Origin: Planctomycetota bacterium
GTDB taxonomy: Bacteria; Planctomycetota; UBA8108; SXIK01
DNA: 64,000 nt
Direction: 5' to 3'
Assembly (NCBI GenBank): GCA_965223265.1
Contig: OZ244999.1
Span: 1,376,001-1,440,000 of the forward strand
Positions 59,085 to 64,000 of this stretch are shown piece by piece. The notes beneath the pieces are model-generated. The model saw only the letters and a list, made by a program, of their open reading frames with translations, had not been told where the DNA came from and did no database searches. The first letter of the stretch is position 1, and every line of letters starts with the position of its first letter. The translations under genes were made by a program, and so were the position numbers.

Positions 59085-60722
59085 GTGTCTGAAACGACGA
59101 CAAGGAAGCCCACAAAAGTAGCAACGTGGAGCCGACTCCAGGACCGCGAGCCCGCCTACGCGCTGGTTGCTGATGTCGACTTGGTTGTCATTCGGTTCGA
59201 CGACGAAGTCTCGGTGCTCTTTGGGCGCTGTCTCCATCGCGGCGCGCTTCTCTCCGACGGATACGTCGATGGCGACAATCTGTTCTGCGGTGTGCATGCA
59301 TGGGACTATCGTGTCGACACCGGCGTGAGCGAATACAACAACGCCGAAGCGCTGCAGAGGTTTGACGCATGGATCGACGCCGGCGCCGACTCAGTGTTCG
59401 TCGACGAAAACGACGTGCGCAGATGGGCGAAGGAGCATCCTCAGCCGTACCGGCGTGACGAATATCTAGGGCTTTACCAGGACGTTCACGGTACCGAGGA
59501 GGAGCCTCAGAACAAATACATCCAGCGCCTCGCGCGGGAGGGACTGAGCAAGCTCGGGCATCATGGACCCACGAGTGCGATGGGAGTCGCTCAGACGGAG
59601 TTGCCTCGGTGGGATCAGATTCAAATCCTCACGGCACAGCTCGCGCGTAAGCCACTCCAGGACGACGTCGTTGTTGGCACAAAGTTGGTCATCGGGCCGC
59701 GTGCCAAGAAGCCCCTTGAGCTGCAGATTCCTCTCTTCGTCAGCGACATGAGCTTTGGCGCCTTGAGCGAAGAGGCGAAGGTGGCGTTGGCGCGAGGAGC
59801 CGAGTTCGCCGGCACCGGCATCTGTTCCGGTGAGGGAGGCATGCTGCCCGACGAGCAGGCTGCCAATAGCCGTTACTTCTACGAGCTCGCTTCGGGACGT
59901 TTTGGCTGGTCACTCGACAAGGTGGCGAAGTGTCAAGCCTTTCACTTCAAGTCTGGCCAAGGTGCGAAGACTGGAACAGGTGGGCACCTGCCCGCAAGCA
60001 AAGTGATCGGCCGTATCGCTGAAGTGCGAGGACTTCCGGAGGGCCAGGCGGCGGTGAGCCCGCCGACGTTTGTGGATCTGAACGCGCCTGACGATTACCG
60101 GCGTGTCGCCGATGAAGTGCGCGAGGCAACCGGCGGCATTCCAGTCGGTTTCAAGATGTCCGCCCAGCACATCGAAAAGGACATCGACTTCGCACTCGCT
60201 GCCTCAGCTGACTACATCATCCTCGATGGCCGCGGTGGTGGTACCGGCGCTGCCCCCGACATCTTCAAGAACAATATCTCGGTGCCGACGATGGCCGCCA
60301 TCGCTCGCGCCCGGCGACACCTCGATGCGGTTGGCGCCGCCGCGGTGACGCTGATCGCGACCGGTGGCTTGCGAACGGACGCCGACTTCGTCAAGGCGAT
60401 GGCCTTGGGCGCGGACGGTGTCGCGGTCTCGAACAGCGCCCTTCAGGCCATCGGCTGTCTCGGAATGCGTGCCTGCAACACGAACAACTGCCCGGTCGGC
60501 ATCGCGACCCAAAAGTCAGAGCTGCGAGCGCGATTCGTGGTCGAAAAGTCTGCCGAGCGATTGAAGAATTTTTTTGACGCCACCACTGCTCTCATGTGCG
60601 TGCTCGCTCGCGCCTGCGGCCATGATCACCTTTCGAGTCTTAACCCTAGCGACTTGACGACGTTCGATCGCGACCTAGCCGCGCTGACAGGCGTTCGATA
60701 CGGGGGAGTCGTAGCGCCGTGA
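59085..60722 (+). CDS. Rieske [2Fe-2S] domain fused to FMN-binding glutamate-synthase-like domain
   Basis: AAGGAGG RBS; CLH...CGVH Rieske ligands; DMSFGALS, SGEGG, GQGAK.G.GGHLP, ILDGRGGGTGA and CLGMRACNTNNC (3Fe-4S). No amidotransferase domain. Confidence 0.9.
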   Translation: MSETTTRKPTKVATWSRLQDREPAYALVADVDLVVIRFDDEVSVLFGRCLHRGALLSDGYVDGDNLFCGVHAWDYRVDTGVSEYNNAEALQRFDAWIDAGADSVFVDENDVRRWAKEHPQPYRRDEYLGLYQDVHGTEEEPQNKYIQRLAREGLSKLGHHGPTSAMGVAQTELPRWDQIQILTAQLARKPLQDDVVVGTKLVIGPRAKKPLELQIPLFVSDMSFGALSEEAKVALARGAEFAGTGICSGEGGMLPDEQAANSRYFYELASGRFGWSLDKVAKCQAFHFKSGQGAKTGTGGHLPASKVIGRIAEVRGLPEGQAAVSPPTFVDLNAPDDYRRVADEVREATGGIPVGFKMSAQHIEKDIDFALAASADYIILDGRGGGTGAAPDIFKNNISVPTMAAIARARRHLDAVGAAAVTLIATGGLRTDADFVKAMALGADGVAVSNSALQAIGCLGMRACNTNNCPVGIATQKSELRARFVVEKSAERLKNFFDATTALMCVLARACGHDHLSSLNPSDLTTFDRDLAALTGVRYGGVVAP

Positions 60723-60900
60723 GAGGCGAAGCTAGCACGCGGAAACGGCGTCGTGACTGTCGTTTTCTTCCCTGCTTTCTGCATGATCTGCGCTGCCCGG
60801 GTCATGCGTCTCGCGAGAGCGAGACGCAACAGCATTCAAGTCGGTTTGGGCCAGGTTTCCGACTCCTGGGATTGACTGAACGTTCACAGCGCGTTGAACG

Positions 60901-60941
60901 AAGCGCCGGAGCTGATCAAGTTTTGATCGACTCCGGCGCTT
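60901..60941. terminator. Hairpin between convergent genes (possible bidirectional terminator)
   Basis: Arms AAGCGCCGGAGCTGATCAA / TTGATCGACTCCGGCGCTT, 17 of 19 paired, with a 3-nt loop. Confidence 0.55.
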
Positions 60942-61022
60942 TGCTCTGCAAACAAGGTGGTGCCTTTTTGATGCGGCCGAAATGAAGTTTCAGTCGCAGG
61001 CAGGGCTGTGACCTCGATCCGA

Positions 61023-62576
61023 TCAGAACCCGGAGAGTCGAACTTCCGGAGCGCTCGAGTCGCCAGAGCCGACGTAGCGCGCGTAGCGAGCCTGAATCGG
61101 AGCGAAGTTGAACGTCTCCGCCAAGTTGCCACCTTGCTGTTCGCTCAACACCGCCGTCCAGTTCGTTCCGTCGCTGGAAACCTCGAGATCGAAGGCAGCT
61201 TCGCCTTGTGACGCCCAGCCGAACGTCACCTGGCTGATCGTACGGACGCTGCCGAGGTCGACTTCGAGTTGCATTAGGACGATCGGGAGCTCGGTGATGG
61301 TCGGTTCTGGATCAGGAGGCGCGGTGTCGAGCTCGTGACCTACGACTCGCATCTCGGTGAGACTGTTCCAGCGGCTCTTGGAATTGCCAAAGCCAACGTA
61401 GCGTACGTAACGCGCTTCGATCGGAGCGAAATCGAAGGACTCGAAGCCCGTGGTCGCACCACTGCTGCGTCCGTCGGAGAGCACGCGCGTCCATTCGCTG
61501 CCGTCACCTGAGGCCTCGAGTGCGAAGAGCGCCAGTCGTTGATTGCCCTTGTAAAAGGCCAGCTTGACTTGGCTGACCAAGTGAACGTCGCCGAGGTCGA
61601 GTTCGAGCCACTGGCCGTCGCCAAGCGCGGACCAGCGTGTGCCGAAGTTGTCGTCGAGCACGTTCTCGGGGCCGTTTCCATCATCGCTGCTGGCTCGGAC
61701 GTCGACAGTTGCCAGCTCGCCCGCCGGCGATGTCCCGCCGCCGTCCGTCGTCCCGCCGCCGTCCGTCGTCCCGCCGCCGTCGTCGGTCGTTTCCTCTCCA
61801 CCGTCCGTCGTGTCGCCCCCAGGGTCAGGCGGATTCACGACGTCGCCCAAACGCCCGAGAACCTGCATCTCCGTGACACTATTCCAGCCACTCACGGAGT
61901 TGCCGTAACCGACGTAACGAATGTAACGAGCTGAGACGGGACCAAAGGCAAACGATTCGAATGCTGTCGTCGTGCCGCTGCTGCTTTGATCCCCGAGGAC
62001 CGACACCCACTGAGTCCCGTCGGTGGAAGCTTCGAGTGCGAAGAACGCCTGGCGCTCGTCGCCTTTGGCCCAGGCGAGATCGACTTGAGCGACAATGTAA
62101 TCACCGCCGAGGTCAAGCTCGAGCCATTCACCGTCTCCGAGCGCAGACCAGCGAGTGCTGAGATCGCCGTCAAGCACGTTCGCCGGGACGTTGCCGTCAT
62201 CGCTGCTCGCTTGGACTTCGGCGATCTGAATTGGAGCCAACCCGGCCGCCGCCGACACTTCTTCGGAAAAGTCGCTTTCCGTACCGTCGGACGCCAAGGC
62301 CGTGACCGAAAAAAAGTAGATCTCTCCCTCGACGAGACCCTCGACGGTCGCCGTGGTTGCTGTGTCTTCTACATTGGTTGAGTGATCGTAGGCGAAGTGC
62401 TCTGGGTGGTTCGCGGTGCCTCGACTCCCCTGGCCATAGTGAACCACGTATCCGGAGGACCCTGTAGATGGCGGGTTCCACACCAGGTTCACCTGGGCTG
62501 CTTCAGTAGTCGCGGCAAGTGACGTGATACCGACAAGAAACACGGTTGCACGAAGGAGTCGATTTTGAGTGCGCAT
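61023..62576 (-). CDS. Secreted non-catalytic protein: FN3 plus two F5/8 type C (CBM32/discoidin) domains plus a degenerate third
   Basis: Signal peptide; LVWNPP..GYVVHYG..Y.FSVTA...ESDFSEEV (FN3); twice ASSDDGN..NVLD...TRWSALGDG.WLELDLG...ARY.RYVG.GNS...WNS.TEM. Confidence 0.88.
   Translation of the reverse strand: MRTQNRLLRATVFLVGITSLAATTEAAQVNLVWNPPSTGSSGYVVHYGQGSRGTANHPEHFAYDHSTNVEDTATTATVEGLVEGEIYFFSVTALASDGTESDFSEEVSAAAGLAPIQIAEVQASSDDGNVPANVLDGDLSTRWSALGDGEWLELDLGGDYIVAQVDLAWAKGDERQAFFALEASTDGTQWVSVLGDQSSSGTTTAFESFAFGPVSARYIRYVGYGNSVSGWNSVTEMQVLGRLGDVVNPPDPGGDTTDGGEETTDDGGGTTDGGGTTDGGGTSPAGELATVDVRASSDDGNGPENVLDDNFGTRWSALGDGQWLELDLGDVHLVSQVKLAFYKGNQRLALFALEASGDGSEWTRVLSDGRSSGATTGFESFDFAPIEARYVRYVGFGNSKSRWNSLTEMRVVGHELDTAPPDPEPTITELPIVLMQLEVDLGSVRTISQVTFGWASQGEAAFDLEVSSDGTNWTAVLSEQQGGNLAETFNFAPIQARYARYVGSGDSSAPEVRLSGF
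61732..61781. repeat. 18-bp tandem repeat encoding a (DGGGTT)n linker
   Basis: GTCCCGCCGCCGTCCGTC occurs about 2.8 times, followed by degenerate copies. Confidence 0.8.
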
Positions 62577-62653
62577 GTAAAGGATCCTCGCTTCGTTGAT
62601 CACCTGGTCGAGCTGCGCCTGTTGCCACTTGATCGGAACGTGAGGACGACGTG

Positions 62654-62668
62654 GCAACCTGTGTGCCT
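62654..62668 (-). promoter_or_regulatory. Sigma-54 (-24/-12) promoter upstream of the FN3-CBM32 gene
   Basis: Minus strand AGGCAC-ACAGG-TTGC with GG-N10-GC spacing, about 78 bp upstream of the ATG. Confidence 0.5.
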
Positions 62669-62831
62669 GGGCCTGTTTTTTTGCCGCAGGTGTGTTCAAA
62701 TGTTCGACTTGGGGCGTATGACTGCGCGTCCAGGAAAGTGAGGACGAACTCTCTCAGTTCCGATTCTTACCGTCCTCTCTACCGAAAACGACGCGCATAG
62801 GATTTGGCGTTGTGTCACGGAGTTGGCTTAG

Positions 62832-63004
62832 CAGCCCGTTGAAAAAGTCATTCGGCCGAGAAACTGGCCTCTTCACGCCCAGATCGACCGCGGCGAGCCT
62901 CGCCGTAATGTCTCAAGAGGGCTCGGAGATTACCTACGTTCGCCGCGGTCGATCTGGACGCGAAGCGACCAGTTTTCGACTCGAAGCACTTTTTCAACAG
63001 GCTG
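62832..63004. mobile_element. Palindromic MITE-like element with terminal inverted repeats and TTAG target duplication
   Basis: Ends CAGCCCGTTGAAAAAGT / ACTTTTTCAACAGGCTG (16 of 17). Imperfect arms pair for about 67 bp. TTAG occurs at 62828-62831 and 63005-63008. Confidence 0.8.
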
Positions 63005-63092
63005 TTAGACGGGAGTAATGCCTGGTTTCAGCGCGGGACGGGGTTTGACGATTGTTCGTGCGCGAGAGCGGACGTCTGCCGTCATTGGCGCG

Positions 63093-64000
63093 TCACTCGG
63101 CAGCGCGGCGACCTGCGGCAAAGTGCGGCGTCCCGCTGATCGAAGGGTCGAGGATGAGTGAGTATCCCCTCCGGGGGTTTTCGACCCAACCGGGTTCGAG
63201 TATGGGCGTGCCACCAACGACGATCTCGTTCACGCCTCGCGGCTCGTCGTTGCGTCCGTCCGGGCCCACGCACCAGATCCTTCGCTCCGCCTTGGAGTAG
63301 CGGAGAGGTTTTCCATCGAAGGGATCGAGCGGCAACGCAGGAAGATAGTGTGGCAACAGTTCGCCGAGGGACTCTGGAAGCTCGCCGTGTTCCAGAACGT
63401 GGCAACGCAGCGCCAGTAGGATGCGTGTGCCGCCGAACATGACGAACGCGTTGTCATGCGTCAAAAGAGAGTCGGAAATGGGAGGTACCATGACGTTGAA
63501 GATGAGCCGGCCCGGGATGTTGTAGAAGTGTCGGGGGTGTCGCCGACCACCATCGGAAAATGGAATCGAGTAAGCCTCCACCTCTTGCCGCTCCCAATGC
63601 GGCCGCTTCACGTTCTCAATCAAGGCGCGGAAACCGTCAGCTATGAGGCGCTTCGTAGCGTTCCGGCATAAGAGTCCTCCGGTTGGCATGCGCGCTGCTC
63701 GCTCCGCCGTGGTCGCCATGACGCTGAACTCGGCCTTGAGGCAAGCTTCAAACCTGACGGGATCGGTTTGGTAAGGGTCGAGCTCAGCGATGCAAGCGCG
63801 GAGTGTCTTGACGTCGAGATCTGCCCACGCGACAACGTTAGCGATCGTCTTTAGCCCCATATTCTTGACTGCAAGTGCGACGAGTTGCTCACGCAACATA
63901 CCTTGTCCGCGTTCCATCCGGTCGCCTAGCATGACCATCTTCATCGCGGTCTCGAGCGCCTCAGGGCCTTTGTCTCGCTCCACGAACACCCGGGCGTGTT
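63093..64000 (-). CDS. Planctomycete hypothetical protein with pseudopilin-G-like C-terminal motif, 5' end outside window
   Basis: LALRC...HGELPESLGELLPHYLPALPLDPFDGKPLRY...WCVGPDGRND. Confidence 0.7.
   Translation of the reverse strand, partial: HARVFVERDKGPEALETAMKMVMLGDRMERGQGMLREQLVALAVKNMGLKTIANVVAWADLDVKTLRACIAELDPYQTDPVRFEACLKAEFSVMATTAERAARMPTGGLLCRNATKRLIADGFRALIENVKRPHWERQEVEAYSIPFSDGGRRHPRHFYNIPGRLIFNVMVPPISDSLLTHDNAFVMFGGTRILLALRCHVLEHGELPESLGELLPHYLPALPLDPFDGKPLRYSKAERRIWCVGPDGRNDEPRGVNEIVVGGTPILEPGWVENPRRGYSLILDPSISGTPHFAAGRRAAE

Noticed and set aside
61732-61820. Tandem repeats as a possible CRISPR array
   Set aside because: They are spacer-less in-frame coding repeats, and no cas genes are present.
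1-64000. tRNA, rRNA, prophage, integrase or transposase genes
   Set aside because: No cloverleaf, rRNA signature or recombinase motifs were recognised by eye.

Overview
This is a high-GC bacterial chromosome segment, almost certainly from an uncultured-type Planctomycetota. The hallmarks are three DUF1501 genes, two cytochrome-c/DUF1549/DUF1553 genes, three Cys-type sulfatases, Tat-exported Gfo/Idh/MocA and TIM-barrel sugar enzymes, two ECF sigma/anti-sigma pairs and a C-terminal dockerin-like domain. It carries about 42 protein genes, mostly for periplasmic or secreted carbohydrate and sulfate-ester processing, plus low-oxygen components (Crp/Fnr regulator with hemN; a FixL-like heme-PAS kinase with a receiver protein). 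I found no rRNA, tRNA, CRISPR array, integrase or transposase. The most notable items are: (1) a three-gene cassette of GT4, GNAT and PIG-L deacetylase whose glycosyltransferase carries the N-terminal signature of aminoglycoside 2-deoxystreptamine GlcNAc-transferases; (2) a stand-alone bacterial homologue of the mostly eukaryotic EEF1AKMT1/ZCCHC4-type methyltransferases, next to a Rieske-glutamate-synthase-like flavoprotein; (3) an SGNH esterase-nitrilase fusion ending in a 'propeller-less' version of its convergent neighbour's scaffold domain; (4) a 173-bp fully palindromic MITE-like element with TTAG target duplication, plus a degenerate relative; (5) CRP-type boxes and sigma-54 promoters readable in the DNA; (6) gene remnants and homopolymer frameshifts. 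All family assignments come from motifs recognised by eye and from memory, not from database searches.
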